From Diadema antillarum (lineage: Eukaryota), in assembly GCF_040938485.1 (NCBI RefSeq), contig NW_027272210.1:310001-374000 (forward strand): a stretch of DNA of 64,000 nt, given 5' to 3'. Shown here piece after piece: positions 48,347-59,639 of the stretch. The notes below the pieces were generated by a model. That model was not told the origin of the DNA and did no database searches. It saw nothing but the letters and a program-made list of their open reading frames with translations. The position numbers and the translations under genes were made by a program. The number at the start of each line of letters is the position of its first letter. Within the stretch, counting starts at the first letter, position 1.

Positions 48347-51142
48347 ATGACTGCCGTAAGGATGCACTCCTCAATGTGTGCTCTGTGCTGCATTCTACTG
48401 ATGCTGTGGGTGGTATTCCTACTGTCGATGTCAGCTGCCTCCCCACCAAACCAGACGATGTCTCTACAATGCAACTGCTGCTCCTATAATGAGACCAGCC
48501 GAGGCATCAAGGTCTACTGCAATCATTGCCATCTGAAGTCAGTTCCCCAAGACCTCCCGAACAGGACTATCACTTTAGATTTATCATACAACCTTATAAC
48601 ACAACTTCAAAATTACTCCTTTGCATCCCTCTGGAATCTAATCACCTTAAATTTGAGGAAGAATGCAATCTTTCATATTGAAAATGCTGCTTTCACACCT
48701 CTCATTCATCTCAAGATATTATCTCTTTCAGGAAATAAGTTGGCACAAGTTCATCCTGGGCTTTTACGTTCTAATAAGAATCTCTATCGTGTAGATTTAG
48801 GCGGTAATTTGTTTACTTCTGTGCCTTTAACTGCAATTAAAGACTTATCAAAGCTAAAGGCTATAATCTTAATGAAAAATTCAATACAATCATTTGACTT
48901 TCAGTCAGTCTCAGGGTGGAAGAGAATATCTGAAATAAACTTGTCAAGGAATGATATCAAATCCATTCCTCATCATGCTTTTTTTCCACTACAAAACAAC
49001 TCCATGCACGCTTTAGACCTCAGTCATAACAAAATCACTGCAGTGACAACTGGTGTATTCTCAGACCTTGCGACTGTTAATCTTGTTTCCTTTGATGTTA
49101 ATCATATTAACAAATTTGAGGTGCTCGCATTTATGGGTAACTTAAAGATTAAGAAACTGTCACTATATGGCACTTTGCTGCAGGAAATAATTCCACTTAA
49201 CAGGTCTGTACGTGATGAAGTTGCCATTCCTCACATACTGAAAATTGAGTTGAGTGGCAACAGAATCGTTGATGTCCCTCATTATGCATTTTGGGGTTTC
49301 TATCACACAGTAAGTCTTAGCATACAGAAGAACAGGATCACAAATATTGCAAACACATCTTTTTGTGGGCTCCATTCATTGCAGAGCCTGGAAATATCTG
49401 AAAATCACATTTCTTCTCTCCCACTGGGTGCATTTCACTGCAATGAAAACCTCCTCAATTTGAACATTTCCCACAATGAGATCATCATGTTGGATCCTGG
49501 CTCCTTCATGCAGCTGCCTAAGATACAACACCTTGATCTCTCCAATAACCTGATTCTCTCCTTCACATACAAAACCTGGACCACGGAAACTCTGCTCACT
49601 CTAGACATTTCTTTCAACAGTCTAGATAAACTTCCTAATGGTGTGTTATGGGGACTAAAAAATCTCAAAGTTCTAAATGTGTCTCACAACAAAATTGGAG
49701 GATATTCTCCATTTGCATTTGCACGAACACCTCATCTGCAGGAGCTGTATCTGACCTCAGAAGTCGCCTCTCTGTTAAGTGAAGTTTTCCGTGATATGAC
49801 AAATCTAAAAATACTGGATCTGTCATACACAAAACTTACACTGAATTCAACTTATCAGTTTACTGGAGCTGTATCACTGCAAGAACTAAGCTTAAGTTTT
49901 AACAATTTGGATAGCAAAAGTTTGTTTAATTACAAAACAAACCATTCTTTGTTTGCTGGTCAAGCAGTGCTTCAGGGGCTTTACCTGCAGGGAAATTCCT
50001 TGAACAACTTGGAACCTGGCACCTTCAGTTCACTGGGAAACCTATCATCATTGGATCTCTCTGACTCTGAGATCAATATACTGAAACCAGGACTGTTTCA
50101 AAATTTGACTTCCCTTACAACATTGTATCTCAGGGGAAACCAAATTCAAGAGCCATCTGCGGATGCCCTGTATGGTCTCCACAGTCTCAAAACTCTTTTC
50201 TTCGAAAAGAGTTCAGTCAGGTCTTTGCCACTCACACTGTTCAATGACACACCTCATCTTATCAGACTATTTCTGTCTGAGAATCACCTCAGCACCATAT
50301 TTCCTGGTACATTATTTCCTACCACTATACACTTAGATTTATCACAAAACCCACTCTCATGCACATGCGATTTAGCATGGTTCAGAAAGTGGGTTGAGCT
50401 AAGCAATGTTGTCCTAGTGCAACAGAATAACACGATTTGCTCAAGATCATCCTTTGAAACTTTAGTCAATCATCCTTTTTTACTCTTTAATTCAGAAGAA
50501 TTCTGCAGCTTAAATGTGACTCTTATAGTATCAGTTTCCTTGGTCCTTGTCATTGTGGGATATGTGGCTATAGCTGTATACTACAGACGTTGGTGGTTTC
50601 GCTACCGGCTCTATCTCCTGAAGCTAGCCATCTTGGGATATGAGGAAGTGGAAGACAATCAACAACCAGAGGACTATAGGCACCAGCTTAACATCATGTT
50701 CTCTGATGGGGATGAAGAGTGGGTCAACAATGTCATGAGACCAGCCATGGAAGAAAGATTTCCTCGGTTTGAAAGCATTCTCTGGGGTGACGACTATCTT
50801 CACATTGGTATGTACTTAGTAGACGCTATCCATCATGCCCTGGAAAACAGCTTCAAGACTGCTCTAGTGATCAGCAACGAGTCGGTGGAGGAGCAATGGT
50901 TTATGACCAAGATTCGCTTGGCCTTAGAACATATCAATGAAACCAAATTGGACAAAGTTATTCTGATTTTCAAGGAGCATGTTGAAGACGACCAACTTCC
51001 CTATCTTGTACGGCTCTTCCTGAGCTCTAACAGACCGTACTTGGAATGGGAAGAAGATGAATACAGACAGGATTTGTTTTGGGCCAAGCTCGAGAAGAAC
51101 TTCAGATCAAATAAGGTGATAAATAATGCAATTCCTGTATAG
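48347..51142 (+). CDS. TLR: Toll-like receptor (TLR-C), 931 aa, uninterrupted coding exon
   Basis: Signal peptide; LRRNT (CNCCSYNETSRGIKVYCNHCHLKSVP); LRR array; LRRCT (NPLSCTCDLAWF); TM followed by YYRRWW; TIR domain (YRHQLNIMFSDGDEEWV...LFWAKL). Confidence 0.96.
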   Translation: MTAVRMHSSMCALCCILLMLWVVFLLSMSAASPPNQTMSLQCNCCSYNETSRGIKVYCNHCHLKSVPQDLPNRTITLDLSYNLITQLQNYSFASLWNLITLNLRKNAIFHIENAAFTPLIHLKILSLSGNKLAQVHPGLLRSNKNLYRVDLGGNLFTSVPLTAIKDLSKLKAIILMKNSIQSFDFQSVSGWKRISEINLSRNDIKSIPHHAFFPLQNNSMHALDLSHNKITAVTTGVFSDLATVNLVSFDVNHINKFEVLAFMGNLKIKKLSLYGTLLQEIIPLNRSVRDEVAIPHILKIELSGNRIVDVPHYAFWGFYHTVSLSIQKNRITNIANTSFCGLHSLQSLEISENHISSLPLGAFHCNENLLNLNISHNEIIMLDPGSFMQLPKIQHLDLSNNLILSFTYKTWTTETLLTLDISFNSLDKLPNGVLWGLKNLKVLNVSHNKIGGYSPFAFARTPHLQELYLTSEVASLLSEVFRDMTNLKILDLSYTKLTLNSTYQFTGAVSLQELSLSFNNLDSKSLFNYKTNHSLFAGQAVLQGLYLQGNSLNNLEPGTFSSLGNLSSLDLSDSEINILKPGLFQNLTSLTTLYLRGNQIQEPSADALYGLHSLKTLFFEKSSVRSLPLTLFNDTPHLIRLFLSENHLSTIFPGTLFPTTIHLDLSQNPLSCTCDLAWFRKWVELSNVVLVQQNNTICSRSSFETLVNHPFLLFNSEEFCSLNVTLIVSVSLVLVIVGYVAIAVYYRRWWFRYRLYLLKLAILGYEEVEDNQQPEDYRHQLNIMFSDGDEEWVNNVMRPAMEERFPRFESILWGDDYLHIGMYLVDAIHHALENSFKTALVISNESVEEQWFMTKIRLALEHINETKLDKVILIFKEHVEDDQLPYLVRLFLSSNRPYLEWEEDEYRQDLFWAKLEKNFRSNKVINNAIPV

Positions 51143-52549
51143 ATAATACAGCTCCATTAATTTGCAGTATCTCTGGAGTTAGAAATAGACAAATAGGGTT
51201 ATGTACAATAGGTGAAAAACCTGGAAAATTCCTATTAAATTGAAGGGACATAATCTTCACCACACAGCAACTTCACTGACTTACTCTGACTAATGTAATA
51301 AAAAATGGAAACTACACATGAATGAATACAGCATGTCTTTTGCTACATTGAATAAACTGAGTAGATTACATGAACAGATCTAGAGAAAGCACACACTCAA
51401 TGAAGTGACAAACCATGTCAAAATTGGCAACACCCTGGAAGTCCACACTTTCTACTTTAGAGATTTAGTTTGACATAGAGACCTCAGTGACATCAATCAG
51501 CAAGAAATACAAATTCATTTTATTTCTGAATGCTTGCTGGTACTACTGATAGTAATAATTTCAGATTTCTATCATTCAAAATATGAAAAATTATTTCTTT
51601 TAAGCAACATTATTTCAAAGGGTAAAAATAGAACACATATTTATATCAGCATATTTCTAGACCAGCATGTGAATACTCTGTGGCCTGATGGATCATTAAA
51701 AAAAAAAAAATCATTTAAAAAAAGTTACTTCACAAATATTTTCATCCAAGTAGTTTCAGTCATCTGTACTGGAAAAAAAAACAAACATTGGTGTTGATTA
51801 TGCATACATACATTTGGAACAACTTACTTTAGTGGGGTGGCTTAGTGAAATTATCGTGACACGGCGGACAAAAGCATGATTTTTTCACCAAAGGTACTTC
51901 ATGATGTACCTTCTCAAAAAATAGGGTGCTCCAAGAAAATTGATGCTGGGAAGGAGGTTAGAGGTCAAAGGTCAATGACCTTTATTTGTGAAATAGGTTT
52001 TTTGGCTATTTCTCAGGTCAGGAATATCCAATCTGGATAAAACTTGGCAGGAAGAATATTGAGAACAAGTAAAATATTTTGATTGAATTTGGGGTGAAAT
52101 TTCCAAAGGTCAAAGGTCAAAGGTCAATGAACTTTTTCTAAAAATCATGTTTTTGTTTATTTCTCCAGGTAGGAAGATTCAATTTTCACAAAATTTGATA
52201 TGAACGTTGTATAGAAGGTACCAAGAGTATAAACCAGGGGTCAAATATAATTGTTGATTTGTGCGTTGCCATGGCAACCCAAAACTAGGGTTTTTAATTG
52301 AAGTTAGTTACAGGAGGCTATTTTCCAGTTTGGAAGAGATTCCATTTGAATAGGTACAACTGATCAACGGGATGTATAGAGGTTTGAAATACTTTTCATT
52401 AGTGTTAAGTGGTATGTTGCCATGGCAACTACATATATAGATTTTGGTTAAACTTAAAGGAGACTTCAGAACTTATGAATTTGAAGAGATTTCCATCAGG
52501 GTTGGTATTATTGATCAACAAAAAAGTCGCCAGACAAAGATTTGTCACC

Positions 52550-53090
52550 TTTATAGCATGTGGGTTGAGTGAATGCAGCAACAATAGTAGAACACATCAG
52601 TGAGAGTTTGAGGAAAATTGGACAATCCGTTCTAAAGTTATGAATTTTTGAAGTTTCTGCTCATGCAGTGGAGGCTGGATGAGAAGACTACTATACCTTG
52701 TAATATCACATGTGTACAACGATATAAAGAATGAATAAAGAAAATTCAACATAAATTATTTTCGCTTACAAAAGGATACTCGACTTCTCTTTCAGAAGGC
52801 AGGGGGAATAATATTACCCTTGACATACGTCACTAGCAAGTCAAAGAAACTATGTGAACTTTATTCAAAAAGTATGGTTTTGTGAAATTCTCATTTCATT
52901 TTCCTTAGAATGTGCGCATGTGACATCATACACTGTGGTAGTCTTTTCATTCAGCCGCGACTGTGCAGATACCTTAAAAAATCATAACTTTTGAACGGAT
53001 TGTACGATTTTTTCCAAGCTTTCTGTGATGTGTCCTACTAATATTGTTGTATTCACTGAATCCACGTGCGCATGAAGGTGGACTTGTCCT
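52550..53090. mobile_element. Kolobok-like MITE nested in the 3.7-kb element, left terminus eroded
   Basis: Right end gtggacttgtcct|TTAA. The internal halves are imperfect inverted repeats (ccgttctaaagttatgaatttt / aaaatcataacttttgaacgg). Confidence 0.55.
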
Positions 53091-53780
53091 TTAAGGACAG
53101 ATTCTGAAAGAGCAGACTGTAAGCTTTAAAATGATGTATCACACAATTCAAAGGGACTCCCCTAACCTATCTAAATAATAATACCGGTACTGGAAAGAAA
53201 GCACACACTCTGGATAAGTATGAACTGAGAAAAGAGGCTGCATTGTCTATTTTAGCGTTTAATCTTTACCAAGCTGTCTCATGTCATTATGTTCATCTTT
53301 TCTTCCCCCCTCCAATTTTCATTTGAGTTTGTCATTATTAATTTTTGATGATAAGAACGATGCCACAAGGCATTGTTTCTTAAAAATGCTTCAACTGCTC
53401 CTTCAGGTCCAAAATCTACATCAATATATATTATTTTCCTGATCTCCTCAACATTTTCCAAAAATAAAGCATACACCTTTTATGCATTGAGTCCTCCTTT
53501 TTGTGGATAATTAAAGGCAAAAACCCAAAATTAGTGCTTGAAAATTATTCTTAAGTGTGAGTTACGGATAGAAAGAACCTCTGTAAAAAAAAAAATGAAT
53601 CTGTATAATCAATGTTAAGTATTGTTAATAACACAAAATGTGAACAATATTTCTATGATAACATGTTTCCAGACTAAACCGTCCGCATTTATGCTTTAAT
53701 GAGAAAAATACTGATATCTCTTTATATGTTTGCTTTGATTGCAAAAACTGTATATGGTAGGATGTCTTGTGATACAACAG

Positions 53781-53917
53781 GGGGGCATTTCATGAAGCAG
53801 TTTGGTCAGATATTTTTCTGACAAACTGTTACAAACTACAGAAATCCTTGCATCTGATTGGCAGAGAGCAAATTTGTCCGACAACTTGTCGGACAAAATG
53901 CTTCATGAAATGCCCCC
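53781..53917. mobile_element. Short Harbinger-like MITE (GGGGCATTTCATGAAG TIR)
   Basis: TIRs gggggcatttcatgaagca / tgcttcatgaaatgccccc. Empty site acaacagacct in the related sequence at about 57945. Confidence 0.75.
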
Positions 53918-56747
53918 AGACCTACACATATTATGCATAAAATGTGATATCCTGAACATTTTTTTCAAGTCACTCTCCCAAAAGTGTATATATAGGACCT
54001 TTAAGTTTTTCTTGTGTTTGTTCCTGGCAGATTACTAGTACACAAATGCTCCAATCCATGATGACCTAACGGAAATTAAGGAAATTAAAATGAATATACT
54101 GAAAACCAAAACTACAGATACTAATAACTTACTTCATTCTTCTCTCCCCACCCCACCCCTTCTTTTTGGTTTCTTGATATACTAGTAGATCTACCTGACT
54201 TTGATAATTGTCATTATGTAACATCATCTTCAATTGACAAGGCGATAAAACTTAACAATCATTTCATTATGCTGCTGGACTAATGGGGTTAGTTGAACTA
54301 TATTGTTTTTAATGTGCTATACTTTTTCCTCCTATCAATCACATGTATTTTTGGGTGGAATGTATTTTGACATAAAGCATCATAGAATCAACCGCCTTTG
54401 GGGTCGGGAATTTTGTCATATCATATTGTGATTTAGATTCTGCTCTATGCCGATTTTGTTTTATTTCTATCAACTTTTTAAACTTCCCCATAGACTTTGT
54501 TCACCAGCCAACTACATCCCACCCTCTTTGGATAATGTGAACCAATCAAACATTGCTTTTACTTTTTAATAACATGTCTATACATAGCTATCAGACCAAA
54601 AATATTCAAACCGCTTTAAGTCTTTATGAGTGAAATTACAAATATCAATATATCTTTAAAAATATTCAAATTGTCTAAATTCAACTTTATCTATGAAAGC
54701 AGACTTTTAACTTTTTTAAACATTTGAATAACCCCCATAAGAAATAAGAAACATATAAAGAGGGGAGGTGCGGACTATAAAAATTGCTTACGGGAACCAG
54801 GTAATCCCTGCGCTAAACCTATGGAATTCACACAATCTTGGAGGAAACGGGTTAAATTTGTTAGGAAATATGTAGGGCAATACCCAAAACCTTAAGTTCT
54901 CAATGGAATATGCAGCTCTTCTACTGGTAAACTAGTAGTTCTGGGAGAAAAAATGAACTGTGACATAGTCCTACACCTGGCTCAGTCATTGCCCAAGATT
55001 TAAAGTATCTGAGCCAGAGTCACATGTCACTCTTTGCCATTTCTCTACAGGAGGTAGACAGTACTAAAAAAATCCTTTACAAGAAATTATATGAAATTAT
55101 TCAATGAAAAGGTGCTTAAGAAAACTGGACTATTCCAACACACCTCCCTCAGGTCTGCAACACAGACTAACCACCTGTTACCATAGGAAAACCAGTAAAA
55201 ATGGTGTATTACTGTAAACATGCACATAATATGTCGTATTATGGGTCTGAATTTTAAGACTAGCAACCATGTACATTGCATTGCATTGTACAGAAACCTG
55301 GCGAATGCCCTGTGTATAGTCTTTGAATTCAGACATTATTGTTATGTACAAATTAAGGGCATTTTCTCATTTTTTCTGTAGCGGATTTCTTGGAGCACCC
55401 CCTAATTTTGATCCTCATATATATACCAATGTCTGAGGAAAAAATGACACTTTTGTCCGGCGTGTCACGATTATCAGTATATTTGTCACTAAGCCACCCC
55501 ACTACTTGATTACATTAAGATGTGTATATTTGTAAGACGTAGTATGCCACATACAGTATGTATACAGTATGTCATACGGTAATAAGTGGTTCAATGTACT
55601 GCATGCTGTGGAATGTTAAGTACTTTGAAACATTCTGTATGTATAATGTTTGATAAATGGTGACGAGTAATCGTCCTCGTCATACTCATTTCTACTATCA
55701 TGCAAGCCATTCACCTGTTCAATCATACCTGCAAAATATCTAATTTCATTGCAGCCAAGTCTCACAGACCAAATTAGCAGGGCTAATTGTGCAACTTTAA
55801 TCTGTGAGACCTGAATACAGGGTGTAATGTGAAATGGGCACTAGTACTCTATTCTCATGTTACAATACATGTATAGATCTTGATGGGAATAGCTCTACAA
55901 TACCAACACGTGAGAGGGTATGTTTTTTTCTCGATTTGTTTTTTCTCTGCAAACCTTGAAATCATTCTGACATTCATCATCTTAAACGTTATCTGAATTG
56001 TAATAGAGCATTATGTGAGTATCTACTTTAGTATATGTGAGGTTATGATGGATCAGTTACTATGCTGGATTAGTTAATAAACTACTACCTGATGCCCACA
56101 AAAATCAATGCAAGATCTTCACTTTCACAACTCACTATGCATTTTGTCAGCAAAGAGCATGTTGATGTAAACAATAATGGTAAACGTCGCCAAATATATT
56201 TCAAAAGCTGCAGTACACGAGTGCACCATGATATATACCTGCTGCCTATAATTGTATGTAGGCTTGAATCAAATTTGCATGGGTACATATTGTAGAATGT
56301 ACCCTTTTTAAAAATCTAAAATCATATGAATGGAAGCTGTAAGATGTATCATTGGTTTTGTTCATTAAACTTGAACTGTGTCAATATCAGTTGAAAGAAT
56401 AAATTTATTTTACTGGTTCCTACTTGTTACCAGAAATGTTCTTTTTGGCATCAATGTGCTGAGTTTTGGGAATAGCGTGAAAGACAAAAATATGATCACT
56501 TTATGTATTTCCTCTATTTCGCCCTTGTGTGACATAAATGAGGGACCCTATTCTGCATAAAGCAAACCCTTGAGAGGCCACTTATACCCCATTTATACAC
56601 AAAGCTGGGCCGAGGAGTGCTCCTGAAACGCTTTGACTTTAATAGGCCCCTCTAAATCTGTTCATAGATGGAGAATCACCACTTGCTCAGACCACATGCA
56701 AATCGGCTGAGAGGGGCACACTTCTGGTGCACCAAATACCACTTCCA

Positions 56748-56916
56748 GGGGGGCATTTCATGAAGGAACTTGTCAGATAAAATGTCCGACAAGTCAATCA
56801 TATTCGACAAGTTCAGAGAAACCAGCCAATCTGACTAAAGAATTTCTCAAAACTTGTCGGATATAATTGACTTGTCAGATATTTTATCTGACATGTTCCT
56901 TCATGAAAGACCCCCC
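56748..56916. mobile_element. Harbinger-like MITE with related termini
   Basis: ggggggcatttcatgaaggaac ... gttccttcatgaaagacccccc. Absent at the paralogous site about 44435. Confidence 0.72.
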
Positions 56917-57697
56917 TGATCAAGTGCTCTAAATGTTGCTGACCATTTGTCAAGAGGTTAGGGCACATCAGGAGCACTCTTGAGCCTAAAGGCTGGAGAG
57001 GGGAGGGGGTCATAATTTTAGAGCACCCCAGGTCATGACTGACAGTTCGTACAGAGCTCAGAGGGGATCAGGAGTGCCCCTGGAGGGCTCTTGATGCCCT
57101 GTATAAATGGGATGTGAGAGACCCAAAGTGGCAAGATCCCTCAACCTGTTTCCGAGACCAGATAAAAAAGTGTCTATGTGGAATGGTTCTAAGAACCCTC
57201 AAAAGATTATTGAAGAATCAAAAATTAATTTGCCAGCAAATTTTTCAGAGATCTACTTGGGACCTTGAAAATTGCTGAAAGTTCACTGAGAGACCACTAA
57301 GACTACTGTGAGAGATCACTGAAAGATCATCTGACATACTCCCTGAGATCTTCTAGAGATTATGATTTATTCAAGATCTCTGAGAGATTAGTCTTTCAAT
57401 GGTTCCTCAATGATCTCTCAATAATATTTAGTGACCTCCAAAAGTGCGGCTTCTTGCAAGACTGACAGAAGATAAATATAAGACTAGCAAAACCCTTGAG
57501 TGCTCATTGAGAGATCGCAGAAAGACTGTGGAAAGACCACAGAAGACCATTTTTTTGAAGAGACCGCTGAAGACATTCTTGAATTACGTCATTTTTTTTA
57601 ATACCATGTGCATGGTTGGCAATGCCCATGAGTTTTAAAGATTACAGCAAAGCATGGCTTATGACCCCTGAAATTAAATTTAAATCAAAAGCTTTAA

Positions 57698-58022
57698 GGC
57701 ATAATTTACCATTTGTATCATAGATGACACACAAATCCAGCATTAGTGCTTTAGATAGTTCTAAAATGTGAGTTAGAAACAGAAACTACTGTAAAAAAAA
57801 AAAAAAAAATGAATTCGTATAATCGATGTTAAGTATTGTTAAGTGCACCAAATGTGAAAAATAGATTTAACAAAAATGTTTCCAGATCTCCTCATATTTT
57901 AGGCCTTATTGTAAAAATTTTATATGGTAGAATGTTATGTGATACAACAGACCTGCACATATGCATCAAATGTGAAATCATGAACATTTTTGAAATCACT
58001 GTTCCCAGAGGTAAACAGGACT
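57698..58022. mobile_element. TTAA-associated MITE; a related copy is nested at about 53511-54030
   Basis: Inserted into aaagcttaagacgtg (contiguous at about 45640). 57750-58000 is homologous to 53530-53990. Confidence 0.6.
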
Positions 58023-58435
58023 TATAAGACGTGCTGTTTTGTTGTTTTGTTTGTTTTGTTTTTTCGCGGGGTCATTTATGCAATTTAGGTGCATATGAAA
58101 TTAGTAATTATGCAAAAGTATTCTGCTCTTCCTATAGCTGCATGGCTAACAACCTATTGTTCCTGAAGCATCTACCACACTGTATGCAAAGGTTTATTTC
58201 ATTTTTGATAATGCACTACTGTAAAGCATGATATTTTCACGGCACGAAATTTTCGCAAATTGAAGCCTTCTTCGCGGCACTAAATATTCATGAGTTGCCT
58301 CTAACATTCAATATGTAAAGTGTAGACAAGAACTTTCATGTGCATTTTCACTCTGTACAAAGTGTCAGCTCCACTTGAAAATGTCTCAAGTTATGTACCT
58401 TCTTGGGTTGCATATTACATCAATGTCATATTAGT

Positions 58436-59639
58436 CAAGGATGCCAGTGGCAAATTGCTCTTGGGCCGGAAATTTTTTTTGTGAACGAAACTGATGTGCG
58501 CGAAGCGCACATCACGAGCGCGAAGCGCGAAGTCCCTTCGGCCGGGGTCCAGGGCCCGCTCAAGGGCCCTGGAAGCTCTGGGGTTCTTAGATGCTCTCTG
58601 GTGCAATCTGAGCATTTCTGAGGGCTCTTCTTTCCTCAAATCTAATCCAGAGAAATGAATTTGTAGCAAAAATAAAGAAGTCCTAGTGCCGTAAACTCCG
58701 TAGTTTTGCTTCGTTCAGCTGACTCGATCGACTCACCATACTCTCTCAGCGCTGTAGCTACAGCGAGAGGGCAGCATGATCCATGCACTGCAGTATACAT
58801 CGCCTAGAATTAGAAACACCACACGTTGTTCGATCGCGATCGCACGTGCTGGTATAACGCTTTCCAGACAATAATGTGGTCGTATTCTAGAAAAAAAAAA
58901 TTTGTAGCAAAAATAAAGAAGTCCTAGTGCCGTAAACTCCGTAGTTTTGCTTCGTTCAGCTGACTCGATCGACTCACCATACTCTCTCAGCGCTGTAGCT
59001 ACAGCGAGAGCGCAGCATGATCCATGCACTGCAGTATACATCGCCTAGAATTAGAAACACCACACGTTGTTCGATCGCGATCGCACGTGCTGGTATAACG
59101 CTTTCCAGACAATAATGTGGTCGTATTCTAGAAAAAAAAAATTTGTAGCAAAAATAAAGAAGTCCTAGTGCCGTAAAATCCATAGTTTTGCTTCGTTCAG
59201 CCGACTCAATCGACTCACCACACCGTCTCAGCGCTGTTGCTATAGCGAGAGCGCAGTATGATTCATGCACCGCGACCGCACATACTAGTAGTACATCGCA
59301 TAGAAACACCACACACTGTTCGATCGCTATCATCGCACGTGTTGCATGTCCCATGGCCCAGCTAGCAGCAGCAACATCGCGCTAGTTTTGCATGACAGTC
59401 GTTTTGTGATATTCTCATGCCCAAGTATATGTGAAACATACTACGGAAATCGTGAAAGTGAATGTCCCGTAAGTTTAGATGATCATATTTTTTCGTTTTT
59501 CTTTCTTTCTTTCTTTGTTTCTTTCTCGTGTTTTCCGGCTTTCCCACACAGACGGAAATAATATCATGAAGCCGGAAATTGGACACCAAAATATGAAAAA
59601 GCCGGAATTCCGGCTATTGCCAGAAAACTGGCATCCCTG
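58436..59639. mobile_element. 1.2-kb hAT-like non-autonomous element with an internal 241-bp tandem repeat
   Basis: TIRs caaggatgccag / ctggcatccctg; ATTAGT duplicated at 58430-58435 and 59640-59645; empty site at about 46125-46135 in unit C; repeat units start at 58660, 58901 and 59142. Confidence 0.78.

Larger units (their letters stand above)
51830..55504. mobile_element. 3.7-kb non-autonomous DNA transposon with TAG...CTA termini (Academ-like) containing nested MITEs
   Basis: TIRs tagtggggtggcttagtga / tcactaagccaccccacta plus a matching subterminal atcgtgacacgNcggacaaaag; CTT target duplication; empty site caacttacttgatcac at about 43153. A degraded minus-strand peptide AFLRNNALWHRSYHQKL (about 53330-53400) resembles the recalled ...WHKSC... 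motif of Academ transposases. The superfamily call is inference. Confidence 0.65.

Noticed and set aside
54380-54830. Minus-strand fragments FWSDS and WFTLSKEGG resembling L1/Tx1 RT C-terminal motifs
   Set aside because: They are too short and interrupted by stops to call without a search.
58660-59390. Regularly spaced repeats that could look like a CRISPR array, plus repeated ORFs
   Set aside because: They are contiguous 241-bp tandem units with no unique spacers, inside a eukaryotic TE, with no cas genes.
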